The notes: generated by a model from the sequence alone, not told the origin. Positions 1 to 8,191 are shown, counted from the first letter of the stretch. The stretch: DNA of 64,000 nucleotides from Actinomycetota bacterium (GCA_009699865.1 WLNJ01000005.1:2186-66185); one strand, 5' to 3'. Translations and numbers: made by a program.

Positions 1-80
1 CTGTTGATCTGATCTTCATCTGTATCTCTCTCCGATGCCAACCATACGCCCGTCGGCGGGGATGCGCAAATAGCGTCGGT

Positions 81-362
81 TCAGGAGGCCGGATTGGCCT
101 TTGCCCACTTGACAATTGAGCCACTGCCTGTGATGACATCGCCACTGTCAAGAACGAGAATCGGCACGTTCTCTTGACCGCTGAGCGCGCGTACATGAGC
201 TCGCTTGCCGCGCCTCGTCCATGGGAGTAGGCGATAGCCGGGGACAACCTCGAGCTTGTAAGGGTGACCAGCATCCTTGAGTGCCGCACCAGCTCTGCCG
301 CATGGGTGGCCAATGCCGCCGTACGAGTCCTGCTGACCGCAGGTGTAGAGGATCAGACCCAT
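81..362 (-). CDS. small thioredoxin-fold protein (glutaredoxin / GST-N-terminal-like)
   Basis: 93-aa ORF. Its size and pattern (YTCG...HPCG near the N-terminus, VPILVLDSGDVITGS near the C-terminus) resemble glutaredoxin-like proteins. Its ATG shares one nucleotide with the bcp stop (TAATG at 360-364), suggesting co-translation with the peroxiredoxin. Confidence 0.5.
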   Translation of the reverse strand: MGLILYTCGQQDSYGGIGHPCGRAGAALKDAGHPYKLEVVPGYRLLPWTRRGKRAHVRALSGQENVPILVLDSGDVITGSGSIVKWAKANPAS

Positions 363-823
363 TAGACGGGGACTGTGGCGAGCGCTTCACGCAGCTCATC
401 TACGGTCTGGAAGTCCAGTCCAAGTCGGTGGTCGTGGCGGTAGCGCACGACTCCTTCGGCATCAATCATCACGACGCCGCGCTTGGTGCCTGGTGGCAGC
501 TTGCCAACCATGCCGTAGAGGGCGGCAACGGTCTTGGCCTGATCAGCCAGCAGCGGGACATTGAGGTTGTGCTTGGCGACAAACTCGTTGTGGCTGTCAA
601 GGCCCTGCGGGGAGACTCCTACGACGACGGCATCGAGAGAGTCCATGCCTGCGGAGTTATCGCGGTAAGAGCAGAACTGCTTCGTGCATACGGGGGTGTT
701 GTCACCGGGGTAGAAGAGAAGCACCACCCGCTTGCCAAGTTGGTCGCCCAGCTTGAAGTTGCCCGCTGTGCCCTCAAGTTCAAACTCGGGTGCTTTGTCA
801 CCCGGCTGCGGTCCCTTTGCCAT
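362..823 (-). CDS. bcp: thiol peroxidase / peroxiredoxin, Bcp (AhpC/TSA family)
   Basis: 153 aa. Peroxidatic-Cys motif FYPGDNTPVCTKQFC and the overall Bcp layout (APEFEL..., VVGVSPQ, HNLNVPLLAD). Confidence 0.85.
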   Translation of the reverse strand: MAKGPQPGDKAPEFELEGTAGNFKLGDQLGKRVVLLFYPGDNTPVCTKQFCSYRDNSAGMDSLDAVVVGVSPQGLDSHNEFVAKHNLNVPLLADQAKTVAALYGMVGKLPPGTKRGVVMIDAEGVVRYRHDHRLGLDFQTVDELREALATVPV

Positions 824-933
824 CGTTGTTCTCCTCCTCCGAAGGTGTGTGAGGCGATCATCGCAGGTGTGCCGACAGGGGGTCCTAGGGAGGTGACTGC
901 GGACGCGCGTGCGTTCCGTGTCAAACTCCCAGC

Positions 934-2016
934 ATGGGTAGACGGAAGAGCATTGAGAGGGACGAGCCGCGGGCGGTCACATTCCGCCGCAGGGTCAAGT
1001 CGATCCCAATTGTCTTGAGCCTCTTCGTTGTTGTGACGGCCCTGCTGCCGGTTGTACTCCTTGTTGCCGCAGTTGCCGACATCTACTGGATGACCGTCAA
1101 GAAGAAGCCCGCCGTGTTCATCCGAGTGATCGTGTTCAGCGAGGGCTATCTGATCGCCGAGTTCGTCGGAATGATCGCCCTGCTCGTGACTTGGATTGTC
1201 AGCCTTGGTGGCCGGAACCAGCGGATCTTGAGGGGTTCAGCCTTCTGGGTTCAGCAGGCTTGGGCCGGCTGGATGATGTGGGTGGCCGTCAAGGCGTTCC
1301 GCATCAAGCTTGAGGTTGAAGGCCGCGAGAACGCCACTCCAGGTCCGTACATCGAATTCATCCGCCACTCGAGCATCGTTGACAACGTCCTTTCAGCCGT
1401 GACGATCAGCGGTCCGCTGAGAATCGAGCTCAACTATGTCCTCAAGCGTGAGCTTCTCGCGGATCCATGCTTTGACATCGCTGGCCGCCGACTGACAAAC
1501 CATTTCGTCAATCGCGACTCGGGGGATCCAAGGGAAATCGACCGCGTCCGTGCCCTGACCAGCAACTTAAGCGAACGGCAAGGGGCCCTCATCTACCCTG
1601 AAGGCACGCGTGTTTCCGACAAACGACGGCTTAAGGCCCTGAAGGCGATTGGCAAGAATCGGCCTGAGCGTGCGGAGAAGATGTCGGTCCTGAAGTACTG
1701 CCTGCCGCCACGCCACGGTGGACCGCTCGCCTTGCTCGACGCGGCCCCGGAGGCTGATGTGGTCCTTGTCGTCCACGCAGGCCTTGAGGGAATGCGTGGG
1801 ATCAAGGACGTAATTGACGGTGGTTTGGTTGACACGCGGATCGTCGTGCAGATCATTCGCGTGCCAAGGGCATCCATTCCGGCTGGCCCAGCCGCCGCCG
1901 ACTGGCTTGATGACACATGGATTGCGATTGACCACTGGGTTGGCGAGGCGGTTGAGGCAATTGAGGCCGGTGGGGCCGTTCCATCGTTCACAGTTCCTGA
2001 GCCCGTAACCGTTTGA
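934..2016 (+). CDS. membrane-bound lysophospholipid / 1-acylglycerol-3-phosphate acyltransferase family protein
   Basis: 360 aa with N-terminal TM helices. It has the HX4D acyltransferase motif (HSSIVD) and a downstream YPEGTR motif. Confidence 0.7.
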   Translation: MGRRKSIERDEPRAVTFRRRVKSIPIVLSLFVVVTALLPVVLLVAAVADIYWMTVKKKPAVFIRVIVFSEGYLIAEFVGMIALLVTWIVSLGGRNQRILRGSAFWVQQAWAGWMMWVAVKAFRIKLEVEGRENATPGPYIEFIRHSSIVDNVLSAVTISGPLRIELNYVLKRELLADPCFDIAGRRLTNHFVNRDSGDPREIDRVRALTSNLSERQGALIYPEGTRVSDKRRLKALKAIGKNRPERAEKMSVLKYCLPPRHGGPLALLDAAPEADVVLVVHAGLEGMRGIKDVIDGGLVDTRIVVQIIRVPRASIPAGPAAADWLDDTWIAIDHWVGEAVEAIEAGGAVPSFTVPEPVTV

Positions 2017-2792
2017 CGAGCACCGCCGCGATCCTCTTCTGCCTTGGGGCAAGCCTTGTTGTAATGACGGGGTTGTGGGCGGTCAGCCTCGCATTGGAGG
2101 ACAGTTCCATCGTTGACATCTGGTGGGGCGCCGGGTTCGTCGTCCTGGGATGGACTGCACTCGCCCTGACCGGCCCTCGCGCTGGGAGTCAGTGGCTTGT
2201 GCTGCCAATGGTCACAGTTTGGGGACTACGCCTGACCTGGCATCTGGGCCGTCGCAACATTGGCAAGGGCGAGGACCCCCGTTATGTCGCGATGCGCGCC
2301 AAGGCCGGTGACGCTTGGCCAATCCGCAGCCTGTTTGTCGTGTTCTGGCTCCAAGGGCTGATCATGTGGATCGTCTGCCTGCCAGTACTGGCTGTGGTTG
2401 TCTCACATGAGAACCCGGATTCTTGGCTGGATTTGCTTGGCGTTGCGCTCTTCGCAGTCGGCCTGTTTTTTGAGACGGTCGGTGACTGGCAGCTGGACCG
2501 CTTCAAGCGCGACCCGTTCAGCAAGGGCGAGGTCATGAACCGCGGCCTGTGGCGTTACACCCGCCACCCCAACTACTTCGGTGATGCCTGCGTCTGGTGG
2601 GGCATTGGTCTGATCGCCGCATCAGCCGGTGCTTGGTGGGCCTTGGTCGGTCCGGCGCTGATCAACTTCATGCTCGTTCGGGTCTCCGGTAAGGCACTGC
2701 TTGAGAAGGGGCTGACTAAGCGCCGTCCTGGCTACGACGACTACATCCGTCGCACGAGCGGGTTCATCCCGCTGCCACCAAAGAAGCTCTAG
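2013..2792 (+). CDS. DUF1295 / steroid-5-alpha-reductase-like polytopic membrane protein
   Basis: 259 aa with multiple TM helices and the C-terminal RYTRHPNYFGD motif typical of the DUF1295/ICMT-like superfamily. The TTG start overlaps the upstream stop (TTGA at 2013-2016). Confidence 0.7.
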   Translation: MTSTAAILFCLGASLVVMTGLWAVSLALEDSSIVDIWWGAGFVVLGWTALALTGPRAGSQWLVLPMVTVWGLRLTWHLGRRNIGKGEDPRYVAMRAKAGDAWPIRSLFVVFWLQGLIMWIVCLPVLAVVVSHENPDSWLDLLGVALFAVGLFFETVGDWQLDRFKRDPFSKGEVMNRGLWRYTRHPNYFGDACVWWGIGLIAASAGAWWALVGPALINFMLVRVSGKALLEKGLTKRRPGYDDYIRRTSGFIPLPPKKL

Positions 2793-2796
2793 CCGG

Positions 2797-3417
2797 CTAC
2801 CAGCCGAATAGGCCGGGCTTGGTCCGCGTGCGACTCCACGGCGACCAGAGATTCCAAACGAGTCTGTCCACGCTCCCGACGTTCCTGATGCGTACCCAGA
2901 AGGCAACCGCGCCCCTGTGGAGAGTCACGGTTGAATTAAGCGGCACAGTCCGAGCTGACACGGGCAGGGCCGTGCCAGACGGCTGGTGTGGGGTGATGGA
3001 GTACTCAACCTCCCCGGGGCAAGGATCTGACTTGACAATTCGCAGCACGGAACGCTGAGTACCCGGATTCCGCTTCATGTTTACGGAGAGAGACTGCGGA
3101 ACATAGGTCCAGGAGCTACAGAAGTTGATCAAGTGGAGGGTCGATTCCTTTTGGATGTTGTAGTCGGAGACGGTACGGTCGTCGCCCAAGATCTTGCCTG
3201 CAAAGATCAAGCGGATCTGGCTCGGATGCTGCCCTGACCTGTCCTCAATCTCAGTTTTGACTCTGGATATCTTGTCGCTTGGTTCGACCTCAACGGTCAT
3301 GTGCCGTCCCACCTCATCCCTGACATAAAGCTGCATCCCCATCGCGCTCGCTGGGGCCACAGCGAAGATGACGGACACAAGAGTTGTCGCGAGGAGAAGG
3401 TGCTTGCGCATGGTCAT
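2797..3417 (-). CDS. secreted ubiquitin-homologue fusion protein, paralogue B (signal peptide + Ubl + C-terminal beta-rich domain)
   Basis: The preferred start, ATG at 3417, forms an ATGA overlap with the upstream gene's stop (3414-3417). The sequence runs [25 protein letters not shown], then MGMQLYVR...LIFAGK...[13 protein letters not shown]. Ungapped manual alignment to ubiquitin residues 1-70 gives 43/70 identities. There is no LRLRGG tail. Instead it has a ~115-aa Trp-rich domain ([10 protein letters not shown]...FWVRIRNVG...WSPWS). Confidence 0.8.
   Translation of the reverse strand: MTMRKHLLLATTLVSVIFAVAPASAMGMQLYVRDEVGRHMTVEVEPSDKISRVKTEIEDRSGQHPSQIRLIFAGKILGDDRTVSDYNIQKESTLHLINFCSSWTYVPQSLSVNMKRNPGTQRSVLRIVKSDPCPGEVEYSITPHQPSGTALPVSARTVPLNSTVTLHRGAVAFWVRIRNVGSVDRLVWNLWSPWSRTRTKPGLFGW
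3327..3400. repeat. near-identical block shared by the two Ubl genes (copy 1)
   Basis: 3327-3400 aligns without gaps to 3962-4035 with 65/74 identities. The first 50 nt are 48/50 identical. The block covers the signal-peptide C-region and the first Ubl codons. Confidence 0.8.
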
Positions 3418-3995
3418 CCCGGAAGCATGGCTGACCATGTGGTCCACTTACCGACCTTGGAACCGATCCGAACCCAGCGTGGCTGGAGCTTGGACTTCCA
3501 GATAACGGTTGTTGAGTAGCTGGCGATCCCGTTGGCGTATGACGCGACTGTTGGTATGGGTTGTGACTCAGATGGCGCCGACAGTGAATTGGAGAACTGG
3601 ACTGTCAAAGCTGCTGCCCCAGCGCGGGTGTCGATCGAGTTGGACCACCACCAGGTAGTTGCAGTGGGAATGTTGACAAGCCAGGTCGCCGCTCTCGCGG
3701 GCTGGCGGGAGGCGGTTGGCCAGGCGGTGAGCGTTACTGGAACGTATGAGGACGGCCCGACGATCACATGTAGCGTGCCCTCCTTCTGGATGTTGTAGTC
3801 CTGAAGCGTGCGACCGTCTTGCAGCTCTGTTCCCTTGTAGAAGAGATGCTGCAATGCCGGGGCGGTGCCATACCTATCGAAGAGCTGCTCCTTGAGGAGT
3901 TCGATGCCGGCATTTGGTTCCACCTCAAGTGTCCAAGTCATGCCGACTTGGGTCTTCACAAAAAGCTGCATCCCCAACGCGCTCGCTGGGGCCAC
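3414..3995 (-). CDS. secreted ubiquitin-homologue fusion protein, paralogue A (Ubl + C-terminal beta-rich domain); start uncertain
   Basis: The ORF track starts at GTG 3995 ([15 protein letters not shown]...). The reading frame continues upstream as LSITKRLLLTAALASVIFA, a clear homologue of the paralogue B signal peptide, but with no ATG/GTG/TTG. The only candidate there is ATC at 4044-4046. The Ubl is 39/70 identical to ubiquitin residues 1-70 ([19 protein letters not shown]). The C-terminal domain is homologous to paralogue B (SSYVPVTL...[10 protein letters not shown]...WTTWS). Confidence 0.75.
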   Translation of the reverse strand: MAPASALGMQLFVKTQVGMTWTLEVEPNAGIELLKEQLFDRYGTAPALQHLFYKGTELQDGRTLQDYNIQKEGTLHVIVGPSSYVPVTLTAWPTASRQPARAATWLVNIPTATTWWWSNSIDTRAGAAALTVQFSNSLSAPSESQPIPTVASYANGIASYSTTVIWKSKLQPRWVRIGSKVGKWTTWSAMLPG

Positions 3996-4035
3996 TGCGA
4001 AGATGACGGACGCGAGAGCTGCTGTGAGGAGGAGG
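3962..4035. repeat. near-identical block shared by the two Ubl genes (copy 2)
   Basis: Partner of 3327-3400 at a constant offset of 635 nt, with 65/74 identical. Confidence 0.8.
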
Positions 4036-4048
4036 CGCTTGGTGATGC

Positions 4049-5575
4049 TTAGGCGCCGTCGCGAAGTGTTGCGACGCCGCCGATCAGACCAAGGAACAGC
4101 GAGCCGTTGGGACCAATGTGAATCCCGGCGTAGTTGTTATTGAAGTTGAGGGTGCCAACGCCAGAGAGCTTGCTCCAGACCTTCTTGCCAGTTGAGGCAT
4201 CAATTGCCGTCCAGAACCATGCGTCTGAGTGGTTCGTCGTCTTGGTCTTTGTGAAGGCGTAGAGGAGGCCGTTGGTGACGGAGAGCTTGGGGACAACGGT
4301 GGGAGCGCTGTCAACTGTGTTCTTCCACTTGACCTTGCAGGTCTTGCCAGCTTTGGTCACATCAATACGCGTGAAGCCGGGCTTGGTTGTGCCACCTGAG
4401 GCAATGTAGTACGGGTTGACATAGCCGTAGTTGTTCTCAACGATCAGCATTGATGAGGATGCTGTCCCGGCGCCGATTAGTGAGTTCTCGGTGGAGCCAG
4501 CACCCTTTGTGAAGACTGGGACCTTGCAGGTCTGAACGCCGGTTGAGGCCTTGTAGACGACAACGTTCATCGGGTCAGCGTTATCGGTAATCGCGACCAA
4601 GCCGCCAGGCAACATGGTTGGTGTAGTGCCTGAGCCCGCATCAACTTGGCCTGGCTTGGTGAGGCCCGTGTTGCCGTAGTTCGCGCTCCTCCAGACCTGG
4701 TGGACTGTGCCGCCCACGGTGTCGAAGTGGTAGAGCGCCTTGTCACTGACGATGTAGACCCCGTCAGAGGCCACCATGAATGAGTTCTCGATCTCCTCGT
4801 GGAGAGTGATGCTGTGGACTGCGCCGGTGGTGGTATTGACCCACCCGACCTTGCCGTTTGTCTTGCTGACGAACCAGATGTTCCCAGCCCAGTCTGGAAG
4901 AGCCGATGACAGTCGCTCGCCAGCGACAGTGTCGGTCCCGGCGGTAAGGAAGCTGGTTAGGTCATATGTGGCGAGAGTGTCAAAGCTGGTCCCAGCGGTA
5001 TTGAGGGCATAGACGCGGATCTTGCGATCGTTTGTGGCTACTACGGGGTGGTCGTTCTTGTCGAGGAAGAAGTAGCCACCTCCGGTGAAGTCTTGGAAGA
5101 TGTTCGCCGCGGCCGGTCCTTCGCGGGTGGGAAGTGACAGCGAGGCGATCTGGTCAAGCGTGGTGGCATTGAGCATCCGTAGCGTTGGGCTGCCGAAGAT
5201 GGTTGGGCACACGGCAACGAGCCGGCCCTGAGTGTCGAAGGTGATGGAGGCACACAGACCAGGGATTGTCATCCCGAAGTTGTTTGTTGTCTGGACGAGG
5301 TTCTTGCCACGTGGGCCGGCACGCCAGTAGGCGTCTGTCATCCACGAGTCGTTGTGAAGGTTGGAGCGACCATTTGGTGCCATGCTCGGATTCTGGGGCG
5401 GGGCGGTGGCCGTGATCTTCTTGGTGGTCCAAGCCTTACCCGAGAAGTCAGGAAGAGTGGTCGCTACTGAGCCAGTGTCGGGGGCAATTGGGGTGACAGT
5501 TGCTGCTGCTGTTGCGGGCAGGGCAAGTACTCCCAGCAGTGCTGCCACAACGAATCTGTGACGCCGTGTCTCCAT
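4049..5575 (-). CDS. secreted beta-propeller-like protein (PQQ/BamB-like repeats), function unknown
   Basis: 508 aa. N-terminal signal peptide METRRHRFVVAALLGVLALPATAAA. The sequence is rich in Gly, Thr and Asn beta-strand segments, with a repeat signature such as WTAIDASTGKKVWSKL and LYAFTKT. It is the first gene of the low-GC operon. Confidence 0.65.
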   Translation of the reverse strand: METRRHRFVVAALLGVLALPATAAATVTPIAPDTGSVATTLPDFSGKAWTTKKITATAPPQNPSMAPNGRSNLHNDSWMTDAYWRAGPRGKNLVQTTNNFGMTIPGLCASITFDTQGRLVAVCPTIFGSPTLRMLNATTLDQIASLSLPTREGPAAANIFQDFTGGGYFFLDKNDHPVVATNDRKIRVYALNTAGTSFDTLATYDLTSFLTAGTDTVAGERLSSALPDWAGNIWFVSKTNGKVGWVNTTTGAVHSITLHEEIENSFMVASDGVYIVSDKALYHFDTVGGTVHQVWRSANYGNTGLTKPGQVDAGSGTTPTMLPGGLVAITDNADPMNVVVYKASTGVQTCKVPVFTKGAGSTENSLIGAGTASSSMLIVENNYGYVNPYYIASGGTTKPGFTRIDVTKAGKTCKVKWKNTVDSAPTVVPKLSVTNGLLYAFTKTKTTNHSDAWFWTAIDASTGKKVWSKLSGVGTLNFNNNYAGIHIGPNGSLFLGLIGGVATLRDGA

Positions 5576-5665
5576 CCCTTGCCAGACGCTACCGCATCAG
5601 ACCCCATTAGGGAACCGGTTGGTGTTGGCGCGACCGCCTTTGGTCGAGGGCGTACGCTCTTTGGG

Positions 5666-6721
5666 ATGGAAACTCGACGCGGACCAAAGGCCCTCTATCG
5701 GGCGTCAGGAGCAGATCTCCCATTTGACGATCCCCTGCGGTCGCATGCGACCGGGATGGAGGGGTACTTCTGGCGCATCACCCAGCCTGAGACTGGGCGG
5801 GTGGTTGTCGCACTGATTGGAGTCAATGATGATCGGGCCGGCGGGCACTGGGCCACGGTCGGGCTGGCAGGGCACCCAGGCGGGTTTCTGAAAGCTGCTG
5901 CGCTGGACGGGGCCACAGCGGACATGGAGGGCTTGGGAGCAAGAACAACCGACGGTCGCTTTGTTGCCAACGGACATTCAGTGCGCGTTGACCTTGGTGA
6001 TGCGGCCAAGCTCGAGCTTGAGGTTGATGATCAGGTCCTCTGGCCACGGCGCCGTTTGGGCGCCTCATCTTGGTTTCACTCCATTCCAGCGCTCAACCAG
6101 TATTGGCACCCACATCTGGTAGACGGGGTGGCCCGAGGGCATGCGGTCATCAACGGAGAAGAGTGGGATCTTGACGGCGCGCGGGTTTACGCCGAGAAGA
6201 ATTGGGGGCGCGGCGGCTTCCCGGCTGAATGGTGGTGGGGGCAAGCCCAGGGCTTTGAGGACGCTGACGCCTGTGTCTGTTTCGCTGGGGGTCGTGTCGA
6301 GACAGGGCCGCTTGGCGTTGAGGTCACCGCACTTGTTGTGCGGGCCGGGGGCAAGTTCCTGCGCCTTGGTGACCCCCTGCTCTCACCCGTGAAGGCTGAG
6401 GTCACGGATGAGGAGTGGCTCTTAACCGGGCGATCGCCTCGCTACCGCGTTGAGGTCCATGGGACTGCCCAACTTGGCGCCGCTCATGTCCTTCCAGTAC
6501 CCCTGCCCGAGGAGCGTCGCAACATCGCGGCAGCGCTCGAACACCTCGGCGCAACCATGACCGTGACCGTCAAGGAGCGCGGTAAGGGAGTTGTCTGGCG
6601 CGGGCATTCCGAGCTCGCTGGCCTTGAGCATGGTGGCCGTGACCGGGCGGAGGCTGAGGCGGGGCGGCGCGGTGGAACGCCCGATGGGTCGGCTGGTCCA
6701 GTTAAAAACTTCACCGACTGA
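5666..6721 (+). CDS. tocopherol-cyclase-family (VTE1-like) protein
   Basis: MEGYFWRITQPE resembles the EGWYF(K/R)V motif of tocopherol cyclases. YAEKNWGRGGFPAEWWWGQAQGF resembles their EKNWGxxFPxxWxWxQ motif. I chose ATG 5666 because the longer ORF start (5558) overlaps the divergent gene. Confidence 0.6.
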   Translation: METRRGPKALYRASGADLPFDDPLRSHATGMEGYFWRITQPETGRVVVALIGVNDDRAGGHWATVGLAGHPGGFLKAAALDGATADMEGLGARTTDGRFVANGHSVRVDLGDAAKLELEVDDQVLWPRRRLGASSWFHSIPALNQYWHPHLVDGVARGHAVINGEEWDLDGARVYAEKNWGRGGFPAEWWWGQAQGFEDADACVCFAGGRVETGPLGVEVTALVVRAGGKFLRLGDPLLSPVKAEVTDEEWLLTGRSPRYRVEVHGTAQLGAAHVLPVPLPEERRNIAAALEHLGATMTVTVKERGKGVVWRGHSELAGLEHGGRDRAEAEAGRRGGTPDGSAGPVKNFTD

Positions 6722-6814
6722 GCAGGCATTTTCAAACTTCGGGTCGCTTATTTAGGTGATCAGTGGCAGGCTGTAGGTGCTTCCACACTCAGAGTTTTGG
6801 AAAGGACCACTCCG

Positions 6815-8179
6815 ATGGCCGTAGAGAAGACGCGTTACCTGCTTGGCGAAGATGACATCCCAACTCACTGGGTGAACATCGCAGCAGACCTTCCCGAGCC
6901 ACCGCTGCCACCGCTAAGCCCAGCCACGGGGCTGCCCGCGGGGCCTGAGGACCTGACACCGATCTTTCCAATGGGGTTGATCATGCAGGAGGTCTCATCT
7001 GAGCCGATGATTGAGATTCCAGAGGAAGTTCGCAACGCCTACGCCCTCTGGCGGCCAACCCCGCTCTTCCGGGCACACAGACTCGAGAAGCTCCTCGACA
7101 CGCCCGCACACATCTATTACAAATACGAGGGCGGCTCGCCTTCAGGGTCGCATAAGCCCAACACGGCCATTCCCCAGGCATACGAGAACGCTCAGGCTGG
7201 CATCAAGAAGCTTGTAACGGAGACTGGTGCGGGCCAATGGGGTAGCTCACTTGCCTTCGCATGTTCGATGTTTGACCTTGAGTGCGAGATCTTCATGACC
7301 GGATCCAGTTATGACTCCAAGCCATACCGAAGGTCAATGATTGAGACGTTTGGCGCAACCGTTCACCGGTCTCCGAGCAACCTGACTGAAACAGGTAAGG
7401 CTAACGCTGGCTCGCCGACCGGCTCGCTAGGCATTGCCATCAGCGAGGCGGTTGAGGTTGCCGCGCAGGATCCCAACGCCAACTACGCGCTCGGGTCAGT
7501 CCTCAACCATGTTCTCTTGCACCAGACGATCATTGGTCAGGAGGCCATGGTGCAGATGGAGATGGCAGGCGAAGAGCCAGACGTAATCGTCGGTTGTGTA
7601 GGAGGGGGTTCTAACTTCGCAGGCATCGCCTTCCCGTTCCTGCGGCGAGTTCTGGCCGGTCAGGCCAACACGCGCTTTGTTGCCGCAGAGCCAGCAGCCT
7701 GCCCAACCTTGAGTCGCGGGGTGTACGCCTACGACTACGGCGACATTGCCGGGATGACACCGATGATGCCCATGTACACGCTGGGCCATGGCTTTGTTCC
7801 GCCAGAGCTTCACGCCGGCGGTCTGCGCTACCACGGCGACGCCCCAATGCTCTGCGGCTTTGTCAAGAGCGGCCACATCGAGGCCAAGGCGTTCAAGCAG
7901 AACGACACATTCGACGCGGCAATCAAGTTTGCGAGGACCGAGGGGATCATTCCCGCCCCAGAGCCTTCCCATGCCATCCGTGCGGCAATCGAGGAGGCGC
8001 TGGCAGCCAAGGAAGCAGGCGAGGAGAGGGTCATCCTCTTCAACCTCTGTGGTCACGGGTACTTCGACATGCAGGCGTATGACGATTACCTCGCGGGCAA
8101 CCTCGAGGACCCAGAGTTCTCCGAAGCTGACCTTGAGGCAGCACTCGCAGCACTTCCAGAGGCCCCAGCCCTTACTTAG
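6815..8179 (+). CDS. trpB: TrpB2-type tryptophan synthase beta-like PLP enzyme
   Basis: About 454 aa with the long TrpB2 N-terminus ([16 protein letters not shown]), the PLP-lysine motif [13 protein letters not shown], and [19 protein letters not shown] lies 8 nt upstream of ATG 6815. No trpA is adjacent. Confidence 0.85.
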   Translation: MAVEKTRYLLGEDDIPTHWVNIAADLPEPPLPPLSPATGLPAGPEDLTPIFPMGLIMQEVSSEPMIEIPEEVRNAYALWRPTPLFRAHRLEKLLDTPAHIYYKYEGGSPSGSHKPNTAIPQAYENAQAGIKKLVTETGAGQWGSSLAFACSMFDLECEIFMTGSSYDSKPYRRSMIETFGATVHRSPSNLTETGKANAGSPTGSLGIAISEAVEVAAQDPNANYALGSVLNHVLLHQTIIGQEAMVQMEMAGEEPDVIVGCVGGGSNFAGIAFPFLRRVLAGQANTRFVAAEPAACPTLSRGVYAYDYGDIAGMTPMMPMYTLGHGFVPPELHAGGLRYHGDAPMLCGFVKSGHIEAKAFKQNDTFDAAIKFARTEGIIPAPEPSHAIRAAIEEALAAKEAGEERVILFNLCGHGYFDMQAYDDYLAGNLEDPEFSEADLEAALAALPEAPALT

Positions 8180-8191
8180 AGGAGCAGCACG

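Larger units (their letters stand above)
2797..5575. other. compositionally atypical (lower-GC) segment coinciding with the beta-propeller/Ubl operon
   Basis: Hand counts of G+C: 3121-3300 = 93/180, 3781-3960 = 98/180, 4321-4500 = 97/180. Comparators: 116/180 for 2101-2280 (adjacent gene) and 111/180 for 34901-35080 (ftsZ). Confidence 0.6.

Noticed and set aside
281-1018. 245-aa plus-strand ORF overlapping bcp and the glutaredoxin-like gene
   Set aside because: It is antisense to two ORFs with clear family motifs, and its own sequence is Arg/Gly/Ala-rich with no motif. This is a typical spurious long ORF in high-GC DNA.
2797-5575. Ubl operon as a Bil/Bub/CBASS-associated ubiquitin-like conjugation (anti-phage) system
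   Set aside because: There are no E1, E2 or JAB genes in the window. The Ubls have signal peptides and no exposed GG terminus. The evidence points to secreted, non-conjugated proteins instead.
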